A DNA stretch of 63,465 bases, the filler included, from Octopus bimaculoides (Eukaryota), in NCBI RefSeq assembly GCF_001194135.2. It is 3 parts of 3 records of this genome, joined end to end, with 100 filler letters (N's around TTAATTAATTAA, not from the genome) between each part and the next. Parts side by side here need not be neighbours in the genome. Positions count along the whole stretch, not along the records: positions 1 to 30,089 come from NC_068996.1; 2 more parts are not named here. One strand, 5' to 3'. The notes beneath the pieces are model-generated. The model saw nothing but the letters and a program-made list of their open reading frames with translations. It did no database searches and was not told the origin of the DNA. Below, piece after piece: positions 10,630-21,239 of this stretch. The position numbers were made by a program, and so were the translations under genes. Numbering within the stretch: position 1 is the first letter of the stretch; the number at the start of each line of letters is the position of its first letter.

Positions 10630-11137
10630 GTGGTGGTGGTGATGGTAGATTATGTAAAAATGTAACAGCAGGGGAGGGTATAAAAAAAAATCGAAATCAT
10701 TGATTTCAAATGATGGTTTAAAATTACGAAAACATAATTACGTAATACATTCATTAGAATGGTCATTACTGTCGAAGTCGCTAATTATGCTGATGCATTT
10801 CAAAAATAAAAATCACTCAACACACAATCAAGAGTAAAACTACAATGGATGTGTGGTTAAGAAATTCGCTTTCCAAACAACATGGTTTTGGGTTCAATCT
10901 CAACACACCATCGGTCCTGTTATATGACTCCAAAAGCCTTATGAGTGGATTTGATGGTGCCGATGACGCTGCGCTGTTACCACCACCATGCCACCATCAT
11001 CATCATTATCATCATCTCCATCATTTAAAGACTATTTTCCAGGCTGGTATTAGCTGGACAGTTTGACATGAGCTGTATGAGTATGTATGTATGTATACAT
11101 GTAAGCATGTATGCAAGCTTGTTTATATGTATGTATA

Positions 11138-12645
11138 CACAAAGGCAAGTCAAAAGTTTTGCAGTATTTGCATACATGCTAGTTTGTGGTGTATGTATCA
11201 CATGACTGAAGCAGTTCAAGCCATGGAAGATACCCTTTGAGGTTGGTGGTATTTTGGTAGTTGGTGTGCTGACATGTTGTGCATTGCTTCACTCTGTATG
11301 TATGTGATTTTGAAAGCTGCACAGATGAATGTGCACCATTGTCAAATATTGGGAACTTACACTTTGTGAGTTTGAATTGGGCCATAACACTGTAGAAACA
11401 ACCAGAAATATCTAATATGTGAAAGGTGAATGGACAATTGATCACAGGACAGTAACCAGATAATTTAAGAAGTTTTGCTTAGGTTGCAAGAACCTTGATG
11501 ATCAGGCATGGTCAGTTAGGCCTAAAATCATGGATTCTGAGGCTGTGCTCAAAGCTATAGAGGCAAATCCAGCAAGTAGCACTCAGACAGTCTGAGGCAG
11601 GCTTGGCATCTCACAGTCCAGAGTGGGTCATCACCACCACAAATTCAGTAAAAGCATATGGAGCAGGCAAATTGTATCCCTAGCTCAAGCACAGAGGTGA
11701 TTGAATGGCTGCAAGGAGCTCTTGGAAAACCCATGTGATCTGTCTTTCCTCGAGAGGATAATAATATGCAATTAAAAGTGGATAATTTTTTGCAATCCTA
11801 ATGTGCATAAGCAGTAGCTGAGCAAAGGCCAGCTTCCAGAATTTGTTGCCAAATATGGGCATTTCAAACATGAAGTGATGCTCTGCATCTGGTGGAATTA
11901 TGAGGAGATAATTCAATATGAATTTGTTCTGAACAGTTGAACCACCAATACCATCTTGTGCTCTGAACAGCTGGAGCAGATGAATGTCATTGTGCAGCAA
12001 AAATACCTGATATCGATTAACAGAAAGCAAGCTCTTCAGCAGCAAGACAATGCAAGACCTCATACAACTTAGACAACCCAGAATACTCTCCAGGAACTTG
12101 AAGGAATTGAACTGATGTCAAACCCAGCATGTAGTCCAGACTTAGCTCCCTCAGATTGTTAATTCTTTCAATCCATGGCTCACTTCCTGTGCTTACAATG
12201 CTTCATCAACCAAGAGACAGTGGACACTTCAGTGGAGGAGTTCTTTGCTTCGAAGGACAACAACTGGTATCAGCATAGGATGAAAGAACAGCCAAAAAGG
12301 TGGCTTCAGAAGGTGGAACACGATGGCCTTTACTTTGAATGCTAGGCTGTTTTTGTTATAACTTGACTAATAACCCTTTAGTGTTCAGATTACTCTGTTA
12401 AATGTAATAATTTTTCACTCAAATTGTTTTTAATTAATCATGCATTATCTTATAGCTTTGAGGTTTCAATGATGTGATTGTTTATTTTTAGAATGTCAAT
12501 GTAGGTTAGGTGTGAAAGGCTAGATATCGTCCATTTGAATATAAAATATGTAGAATATTTTGGCCAGATATGGCCGGTTTAAACACTAAAGGGTTAAAGC
12601 ACATAAGTTACCACGTTACTGCAAAATTTTTGACTCAGTTTTAAA
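11138..12645 (+). mobile_element. Decayed near-full-length mariner transposon
   Basis: TIR core agtcaaaagttttgcagta (11148-11166) matches 12617-12635 at 18/19. Peptide relics ELTLCEFELGHN, VMLCIWWN, QQDNARPHT and SPDLAPSD are present, with stops and frameshifts. Confidence 0.85.
12374..12593. mobile_element. piggyBac-type MITE nested in the mariner
   Basis: TIR CCCTTTAGTGTT / AACACTAAAGGG; flanks ATAA and TTAA. Confidence 0.75.
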
Positions 12646-13029
12646 TGTTTGTATGTGATCTCTTTGTCTTTGTAATTTAAAGTAAATTTTGACCAGCCAA
12701 CTTCTTGATAGCTAAGTTGTGACATAAGGAAAGCATCATGATTTAACCATCATCCTTGCAGATTTTTATAGTCTTAGATATGGTGATCGTTTGTAGCATA
12801 TGACTTAAGGATTTNNNNNNNNNNATCGTTTGTAGCATATGACTTAAGGATTTGCATTCTCTGCACCAAGATTCCAAGTTCAGCCATACTTTGCTCTAGA
12901 CGGATTGGTATGTATCCCAGTTGCTCCAACTGGGTATGAAGCTGAAAATGTATCTTGGGTACTGGAATTACATACTCCTTATCAATGGTCCATAGATGTA
13001 CTGTCCTCTGAAAAGTCAGGATAACTGTG

Positions 13030-13108
13030 ACCCATTTGAGAAATGAGCCCTGTGAGGTAGGGTGGCTATGTATGTATTTATATATCTATGTGTGTGCATG
13101 TTGTGTAC

Positions 13109-13147
<39 letters not shown>

Positions 13148-13168
13148 GTGAGTGTGTATGTATGTATG

Positions 13169-13200
<32 letters not shown>

Positions 13201-13425
13201 GATGGATATGTATGTGTGTGTATACTTATGTATATGTATGTATACATGTATGTATTTATGTCATTGTTCAGTTTTATTTCAAGATTTTTTGCCAATAGAG
13301 AAAGAACTAGTTTCTAACCTAGATCCAAGGCTCCTTCAGTGAAATTTCAACATAAACATTTGGATGGGTATGTGTGTGTGTGTATGTGTGTGTGTGTATG
13401 TGTGTGTGTGTATGCATGCATGTAT
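13030..13425. repeat. Compound (TG)n/(TATG)n microsatellites with a short hammerhead-derived relic (13300-13345, -)
   Basis: The repeats are directly visible. The relic reads CTGAAGG-AGCC..GGTT-A-GAAACTAGTT on the minus strand and is followed by AATAAA. Confidence 0.7.
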
Positions 13426-13444
13426 TTATATGTTTTGTTTTATG

Positions 13445-14000
13445 AATGTCTTCTCATGCATACACTTGCAAATCTAGACATGTTTATATCTACTTAAATG
13501 ATAAAATTCTGAAAAGTTTTACAGTTCCAGTGATGGATTGGATCTGTAGTCTTTGAATCAGCTTTCTCCTTTCTTGTTTTGAGAAGCCTCATTTCTCAAC
13601 ACTGGTATTTAGGTAGTGTTACATATTCCAGTACCCCAATAATTACTGCTACAATCTGGACAGAGTAACTGCAAATTTCTCAATAATTCAATGTAGATAT
13701 TCCATTTTTCACTGATCTGCAGTTTTATGTTAACATCTGCTGGGCAGCTAATTTCCATAACTGCACACAGTTTCTCTTCTATATCCCAAATCATTATAAC
13801 AGGTCTATTACATTTACATATTATTGAGGTTTTCACTAGGGCATTCCACTAGTACTCCTTTTTATTATGAGTTGCTATGGCTTCTACCATACTGTGGGCT
13901 CTTATTTCATTGTCCTTAGAGTTATTCTTCTGACAGATCTCATTATACGATCAATGTCCTAGCTATAACATCATGACTCATTGGTAGATAATACCATGAT
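13445..14000 (-). mobile_element. RLE-type (R4/Dong-like) non-LTR retrotransposon 3' fragment
   Basis: CNRPVIMIWDIEEKLCAVMEISCPADVN..EK..Y..LLRNLQ is the RLE motif region; the C-terminal RKLIQRLQIQSITGTVK is followed by a 3' UTR and a microsatellite. Confidence 0.8.
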
Positions 14001-14067
14001 GACATTTTCAGACAACTACTTATGCATGCATGCATGCATGTATATATGTATGTATCAATGAAACACA

Positions 14068-14334
14068 TGTTGGCACTCTGTCGCTTACAACATCAAGGGT
14101 TCCAGTCGATCCGATCAACGGAACAGCCTGCTCGTGAAATTAACGTGCAAGTGGCTGAGCACTCCATAAACACGTGTACCCTTAACGTAGTTCTCGGGGA
14201 GATTCAGCGTGACACAGTGTGACAAGGTTGACCCTTTGAATTACAGGCACAACAGAAACAGGAAGTAAGAGTGAGAGAAAGTTGTGGTGGAAGAGTACAG
14301 CAGGGCTCGCCACCATCCCCTGCCGGAGCCTCGT
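14068..14334 (-). mobile_element. Retroposon 3' portion (family D), 5' part in N gap, with a >=43-bp direct duplication
   Basis: Homologous to 19079-19232, which has an (AAC)n tail; flanks 14026-14068 and 14509-14551 are identical. Confidence 0.8.
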
Positions 14335-15208
14335 NNNNNNNNNNNNNNNNNNNNNNNNNNNNNNNNNNNNNNNNNNNNNNNNNNNNNNNNNNNNNNNNNN
14401 NNNNNNNNNNNNNNNNNNNNNNNNNNNNNNNNNNNNNNNNNNNNNNNNNNNNNNNNNNNNNNNNNNNNNNNNNNNNNNNNNNNNNNNNNNNNNNNNNNNN
14501 NNNNNNNNATGCATGCATGCATGTATATATGTATGTATCAATGAAACACATAAGATAATGTGATTAAACATTTTATAAACTTCTAATATATTGTTTTCTT
14601 TTTTAAATATACTCAGCAGAATATACTCAAACCCAGATTTAACAACAGATGAAATTACAATACATGAGCAGAAATTCACATGCAGTACTTAATACTGCAT
14701 GTGAAAACTTAAACAAGTAGTTTAAGTTTTAAATATTTTATTTATTTTTTTGAGCCTAAAATGAACTTGTTTTAGCAACAAATTATTCAGCAACACAAGA
14801 TGTGGGGCTGGGAGGGGGGGGAAACAGGTTGTCCAGCCCAGTCCAAATGGCGGTTTCAGCTGCAATTTGTGGACATAATTGCAAGGGTGCGACACTTGCT
14901 ACAACGGCCATCCCACCTCATGGAGCTCATTTCTCAGATAGGCCAGTTATCTTGATTTTGCAGAAGATAATCAGCACCACAGAGTCCAAGAACACCTGAG
15001 GTCTTGAGGACGACTAGTACAATCAGATAGTAAGCCAGTCAGGGTCCAGAGAGACAGACACACACCCACAGACACCCAGACACCCGCACACCCACATACC
15101 GACATATGCATATATACATGTGAGTGTGTATGTGTATATATACACACACACACACACACACACATACACATACATACACATACAAATATATATACACATA
15201 TACATGTT

Positions 15209-15244
<36 letters not shown>

Positions 15245-15451
15245 GATTTGACTGACCTTCATGCCGGTGGCACGTAAAAAGCATCCACTNNNNNNNNNNN
15301 NNNNNNNNNNNNNNNNNNNNNNNNNNNNNNNNNNNNNNNNNNNNNNNNNNNNNNNNNNNNNNNNNNNNNNNNNNNNNNNNNNNNNNNNNNNNNNNNNNNN
15401 NNNNNNNNNNNNNNNNNNNNNNNNNNNNNNNNNNNNNNNNNNNNNNNNNNN

Positions 15452-15487
<36 letters not shown>

Positions 15488-15853
15488 TATATATATATAG
15501 ATACATATATATCATCATTATTATCATCATCATTGTCCTCTTTCCTATGCTTACATATGTGTCAGACAGAGCTTGTTGAGGCAGATTTTCTACAGCTGGA
15601 TATATTTTCTTCAACCCTCCCCATCACCAACCTTCACCTGTTTCCAAGCAACATAAAATTTTCTCTTGGCCAAACTTCTGGTACAATAATGGAAATGAAT
15701 GACTCTGACTCTATGACAGTGATACTCACTGCTATCATGTAATGTCAAGATAAGGAGACACAAGCACACATACACACACTCAAGACCATCACCACCTCTC
15801 TATATAACAGTTTTATTGTCTGGACATCATAATAAAATGTAGATCAGCTTGAT

Positions 15854-15919
<66 letters not shown>

Positions 15920-16261
15920 NNNNNNNNNNNNNNNNNNNNNNNNNNNNNNNNNNNNNNNNNNNNNNNNNNNNNNNNNNNNNNNNNNNNNNNNNNNNNNNNN
16001 NNNNNNNNNNNNNNNNNNNNNNNNNNNNNNNNNNNNNNNNNNNNNNNNNNNNNNNNNNNNNNNNNNNNNNNNNNNNNNNNNNNNNNNNNNNNNNNNNNNN
16101 NNNNNNNNNNNNNNNNNNNNNNNNNNNNNNNNNNNNNNNNNNNNNNNNNNNNNNNNNNNNNNNNNNNNNNNNNNNNNNNNNNNNNNNNNNNNNNNNNNNN
16201 NNNNNNNNNNNNNNNNNNNNNNNNNNNNNNNNNNNNNNNNNNNNNNNNNNNNNNNNNNNNT

Positions 16262-16497
16262 CATGTGCCACCCGCACAAGAACCAGTCCAGGGGCACTGG
16301 CAACGATCTTACTTGGCTTGCCGGGTCTTCTCACGCACAGCACATTTCCAAAGGTCTCGGTCAGTAGTCATCGCCTCGGTGAGGCCCAATGTACGAAGGT
16401 CTTGCCTCACCACCTCAGCCCAGGTCTTCCTGGGCCTACCTCTTCCACGGGTTCCCTCAACTGTTAGGGTGTGGCACTTTTTCACGCAGCTATCCTC
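16262..16497 (-). mobile_element. RTE LINE ORF C-terminus and start of 3' UTR
   Basis: EDSCVKKCHTLTVEGTRGRGRPRKTWAEVVRQDL..DRDLWK is the RTE-clade C-terminal GRPRKTW motif. It runs directly into the short-element consensus. Confidence 0.9.
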
Positions 16498-16756
16498 TAT
16501 ATATATATATATATTATACTTCACTTTTTTTATTTGGTTTGCAAGGTTCTTGATGTGACTGTGTATGTGTGTGTTATCATCATCATCATTCAACATCCAT
16601 TTTCCCTGCTAGCATGGGTTGGATGGCTTGATAAGAGCTGACAAACTAAATGTCTATGTCAAGCTTTGTTGTCTGTTTTAGTATTGTTTTCTACAGCTGA
16701 TTATATCATGATGATGGACTATGCTTGAAAAGACCTGTCCACATATCCGTCTAAGC

Positions 16757-16989
16757 CAGTGGTTCTCAACTGGGGTCCATATGACCCTTGGAGGTCCATA
16801 TAAGATTTTGTTGTTTAAAATTATTCACAACAAATCGGTTATACTTCTACAATACACAAAACATTTTAATCTTTTTATACAATTCCTCATATTTAATCAT
16901 TTTTTTTAATGCAATTCCTAATATTTAATGATAAAAATATAATAGGAATTAAAGGGGTCCATAGACAAAAAAATGGTTGAGGACCACTG
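16757..16989. mobile_element. hAT (Charlie-like) MITE
   Basis: TIR CAGTGGTTCTCAAC / GTTGAGGACCACTG; 8-bp flanks GTCTAAGC / ATCTAAAC. Confidence 0.75.
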
Positions 16990-17734
16990 ATCTAAACTAA
17001 AGTGAGTCCCTAAAAGCATATTGCTTATGCTGATGCTCCTGCACCCTATCTGCCCTTCATGTATCACTCCATCCCTCGCAATTCATCTTCCTAACAGCCA
17101 CCCCCTCCCTCTCTTTTCTGACTATGGCACTATTCACACTCAGCTGCTATAATTATGGAACTGCACATATTTGATCCCCGATATCTCATCCTCCTGGGAA
17201 CCACTTCATTATCATCCCTTACCTCCTTATTTTGTTCTGAATGCCCTCTTTCGCCTCCTCTGGAGAACAACACCATTTCAATAATGGCACTAGCTCTCCC
17301 CTTTCCCCTACATCATGTTTTCTGCGATTTCCTCCCTGATATACGTCTGGTTTCATCCCTGGTGCTGAGCCTATTTCTTGCCCCAAATTCATCACATCAT
17401 CTTTGCTGTTGCCACCTTCCACCTCCTCAATCCACTCCTAATTCCTGATATTCATGCCTCCTCCACCCATGTTTACCACTCACTGCATTTTCTAGCAATC
17501 CCCATCTCTATCCATCTGCCACTTGCCTTATACACTTTTGCGAATTTACCTACCCATATCCCTTCTCTTATATTCACCATCCTCTAACTTACAGGTACAC
17601 CCTGACATTTTCACCACAAACAGGACGACCATACATCTTCTCTACAGTAAGGCACTTGTTTCTGTCCTTCTCGCATAACTTAACCTCTTGTCACCTGGCA
17701 TAAGGTCACCTGCCTCAATACTGCTCACCCTCCT

Positions 17735-18084
17735 CAATTGATGAGGTTTTGCCTTTAATGTTAGCAGGTGACCTTGCTGGTGATGGTGCCATGTAAAAAG
17801 CACTCAGAACACTCTGATAAGTGTCTGGTTTTAGGAAGGGCATCCAGCCATAGGAACCATGTTGAAGCAAATATTAGAGCCTAGCACAATCCTCTGACTT
17901 GCCAGCTCTTGTCAAATCATGCCAGCATGGAAGGAGGATTATCATCGTTTAATGTCCACTTTCCATGCTGGCATGGGTTGGATGGTTTGACAGAACTGGC
18001 AAGCAGGAGGCTGCACCAGGCTCCAATCTGATCTGGCAAGGTCTCTATAGCTGGATGCCCTTCCTAATGCCAACCACTCCGAGA

Positions 18085-18085
<1 letters not shown>
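17735..18085. mobile_element. Two RTE-type 3' elements tail-to-tail (17735-17935 +, 17940-18085 -)
   Basis: Family consensus in both orientations. Confidence 0.7.
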
Positions 18086-18149
<64 letters not shown>

Positions 18150-18150
<1 letters not shown>

Positions 18151-18744
18151 TTAATAGTTATCACCAAGCTAACATGGCAGTCCAGGAAAATAGGATGAAT
18201 ACTGCCACTGATTAGCTCCAAGAGACCATCGTCTCTAGCTAGCTATGTGACACACAAACCTGTGTCCATTATAACCTTCGAACTGGGGAGGTCAGCAGCT
18301 TCCAACAGACATTGCTACTGACCGTCTGTTCGAAGGATTATTTACCTAAATTCAGTGGAATACATCCACTGGTTTTTCAAAAGTAGAAATATTAATATTT
18401 CTAAATCTCCCTAAAGGAGACTACGGCAGCAGTACTGGATATTAATAGTTATCGCCAAGCCAACATGGCAGTCCAGGAAAACAAGTTTGGCTGCTCTACA
18501 TTGATAAGGGGCAAATACCCCGAAACTAGTTTGTAGATGCCTGACCAACAAGGGGAAGCAACTGACCTCCCCTGTTCGAAGGTTATAATGGACACAGGTT
18601 CATGTGTCACATAGCTAGATAGAGGCGATGGCCTCTTGGAGCTGATCAACGGCAGCATTCATCCTATTTTCCTGGACTGCCATGTTGGCTTGGCGATAAC
18701 TACTAATATCCCGTAGTCTCCTTTAGAGAGACTTAGAAATATTA

Positions 18745-18748
<4 letters not shown>
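18150..18748. mobile_element. Foldback element with direct and inverted repeats enclosing a hammerhead (Penelope pLTR/retrozyme-like)
   Basis: 18150-18305 is the reverse complement of ~18553-18706, and 18388-18480 of ~18667-18748; 18150-18190 recurs directly at 18440-18480. Flanked by (TA)n and (TATG)n. Confidence 0.8.
18495..18537 (+). ncRNA. Minimal type I hammerhead ribozyme with U3-A8 core variant
   Basis: Stem I TCTACA(18495-18500)/TGTAGA(18532-18537); core TTGATAA 18501-18507; stem II GGGG-caaata-CCCC 18508-18521; GAAA 18522-18525; palindromic AAACTAGTTT; GUU triplet ending at 18531. Confidence 0.75.
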
Positions 18749-18775
<27 letters not shown>

Positions 18776-18794
18776 TGTTGTGTGTGCGACACAT

Positions 18795-18972
18795 TAAAGG
18801 CACCCAAGGCACCTGGTACACTCTGTGGAGTGGTTGGAGTTAGGAAGGCCATCTAGCCATAGAAATCAACCCAAAACAGACAGGAACCTGTGCTGCTCTC
18901 CAGTTTACCAGTCCCAGTCTTAACCATCTAACCCATACCACCATGGAAAAACAGACACTAAAGAATGACGAT
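18795..18972 (+). mobile_element. RTE-type 3' end element (diverged)
   Basis: ggagtggttggagttaggaagg...(GAT)n tail. Confidence 0.7.
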
Positions 18973-19078
18973 GATGATGATATATATATGCACAAACACA
19001 CATACACACAAAATTATATACACTCTTCATGGCTATATAAATAGGTAAGCTATAACAGTGGTGCAAAAGCACTGTGTC

Positions 19079-19232
19079 ACGCTGAATATCCCCGAGAACT
19101 ATGTTAAGGGTACACGTGTCTGTGGAGTGCTCAGCCATTTGCACGTTGATTTCACGAGCAGACTGTTCCGTTGATCGGATCAACTGGAACCCTCGACGTC
19201 GTAAGCGACGGAGTGCCAACAACAACAACAAC
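19079..19232 (+). mobile_element. 5'-truncated retroposon (family D) with (AAC)n tail
   Basis: Reverse complement of 14068-14220. Confidence 0.8.
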
Positions 19233-19454
19233 ACCAAGAGTGGTTAAGCAGAGGTTGACAAAATGAAAAGAACCATGGAACCATGACTAATGGTTTTCCT
19301 GCAGAAGGAATCAGCACATGAGCACACTGAGTTACTTGCAGACCAAGAACCAGGTTCAAGCATTAACAACAGCATGGATTCTGTTGAAGATAACCAAGAC
19401 CCAGGTGATGGTATTAGGCTGAGCAACATATTGGGAATAATCCAGACAAATCTG

Positions 19455-19870
19455 AAGTGGTGGTGGTTATGGTTGTAGTGTGGGTAGTTGTGGTGGTAAT
19501 AATGGTTTAAGTTGCAGTTATGGCTGTGATAGTGGTCAAGGTGGTAGTAGTGGCTGTGGTAGAAGTAGTGATGGTAGTGGTGGTGATGACAGTAGCAGTG
19601 GTGGCAGTGGTAATGGTGGTGGCAGTGGTAATGGTGGTGGCAGTGGTAATGGTGGTGGTAGTGGTGCTGGAGGTGACAATGATGGTGGTTGGGTAGCAGA
19701 AGTAGTTGTGGTGCTGGTGGTGGTAGTGATGGTTGTGACGGTAGTGGTAGTGATAGCAGTAGTGGTGGTAGTGGTTTTGGTAATGTCAGTGGTGGTGGTG
19801 GTGGTAATGGTGCCGGCAATGATAGTGGCTGGGTAGTGATGGTGGTGATTGTGGTGGCGGTAGTAGCAAT
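19455..19870. repeat. Degenerate (GGT/GTA/GTG)n trinucleotide low-complexity tract
   Basis: Directly visible; produces spurious Gly/Ser, Val and His ORFs. Confidence 0.9.
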
Positions 19871-20087
19871 GACAGCATTAAAGAAAGTGACAGAATGGGA
19901 ACAATTTACATAAACCTACAAAAATGCCTGTGGATAAGATTTATGAACAGACTTATACATGAAACTAAAGTATTAAATTGACATATTTTATAATTACTCC
20001 TAATTAAAACAATTAAAAAAAAATAAGCAAATGTTCCAATAATGCACAGGGCAGAATGAAAGAGAATACAATTTATGAAAAACTTAC

Positions 20088-20198
20088 ATCATCTGTGGTG
20101 GTCTCTAATATATCTGACAAATCCTTTTGAGATTTTTTCAGTTGATTTACCTTTCGACTGTCGACAGCTACTTTAGGGCAGTAATGACTCTGTAAAGC
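20088..20198 (-). CDS. NOC4L: NOC4L penultimate coding exon (111 nt, phase 0/0)
   Basis: Acceptor ttcttttcttctaatgctccag|, donor GAT|gtaagt; ALQSHYCPKVAVDSRKVNQLKKSQKDLSDILETTTDD vs NOC4L ALQRHYHPEVSKAASVINQ...LLELT (from memory). Confidence 0.9.
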
Positions 20199-20517
20199 CT
20201 GGAGCATTAGAAGAAAAGAAATAATAAACTGTAACAAAGAATAAAACACAGTCTAAAAGAATACACAAGGGGTTTATAAAGGGGGTTCACAAACTGGAAT
20301 ATACAAATCCTCATCATCATCATCATCATCATCATTGTTAACATCCACTTTTCCATGCTTGCATGGGTCAGACGAAGTTTGTTGAGGCAGAATTTCTGTA
20401 GCTTGATGCTTCCACCAATTAAGGTAATGTTTCGTAATTATGGAGATACTGTTTGCATGATGATAACACTCATTTACAATATGAATTAGAAGTAGCTTAA
20501 GGTATATAGACGAAGTC

Positions 20518-21225
20518 AAACACACATACACGAGGTGTGTGTGCTGTTAGTTTGTCAGACAGCTGCATTTTAGGCATAAGAGAATGTATTCTCAATGCCC
20601 TTAGTGTAAAAACACCAAAAGCAGGCATGACATGTTGGGACATACCAGCAGATGGTTCATAAACCATTTAGCATATAGTCATAGCCAGTGAAACAGCATG
20701 CAGCAGACCCTGCTCAGTATGTGGCATTGACAAGTTAAAACAATGATGAAACAGCGATGTTTATCGCTCTGAAAAAAAAAGCTGTCATACAAACAAACAA
20801 CATACACACCTCATTTATAGACCTAAGCTGTTTCTAATTCATTTGTTTATATACCTAAGGGGTTTCTAATTTGCTTATATACATAAGCTGTTTCTAATTC
20901 ATATATGAATTTTTTCCGTGGCATGACATGTTGGGACATACCAGCAGATGGTTCTTAACCCATTTAGCATATAGTCACAGCCAGTTGGACAGACAGCTCA
21001 CAGCAGAGCCCTTGCTCAGTACATAGCATTGAGAAGTCAAAGCAAAGACAAAACATCGAAGTGTGTCACGCCAAAAAAAGGGATTTGACGTGAGTTACCT
21101 CACTTGGCTATGCTCGGTGTTTTCGGGTGTTTTTACACTAAGGGCATTAAGAATATATTCACTTACGCCTAAAAAACACAGCTGCCCAACAAACCAACAA
21201 TACACACACCTTGTGTATGTGTGTT
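20518..21225. mobile_element. Non-autonomous element with ~105-bp terminal inverted repeats and an internal 296-bp-period direct repeat
   Basis: 20518-20620 vs reverse complement of 21121-21225; 20624-20745 vs 20920-21050. Confidence 0.75.
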
Positions 21226-21239
21226 CCACTTTATATTTG

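Noticed and set aside
13500-13600. Possible decayed hammerhead
   Set aside because: Better explained as the C-terminal codons (RKLIQRLQIQSITGTVK) of the RLE LINE.
17000-17735. Pyrimidine-rich block, possible LINE remnant
   Set aside because: No recognisable RT or endonuclease motif by eye; left uncalled.
19244-19913. Gly/Ser-, Val- and His/Pro-rich ORFs
   Set aside because: Open in several frames on both strands because of a trinucleotide low-complexity tract.
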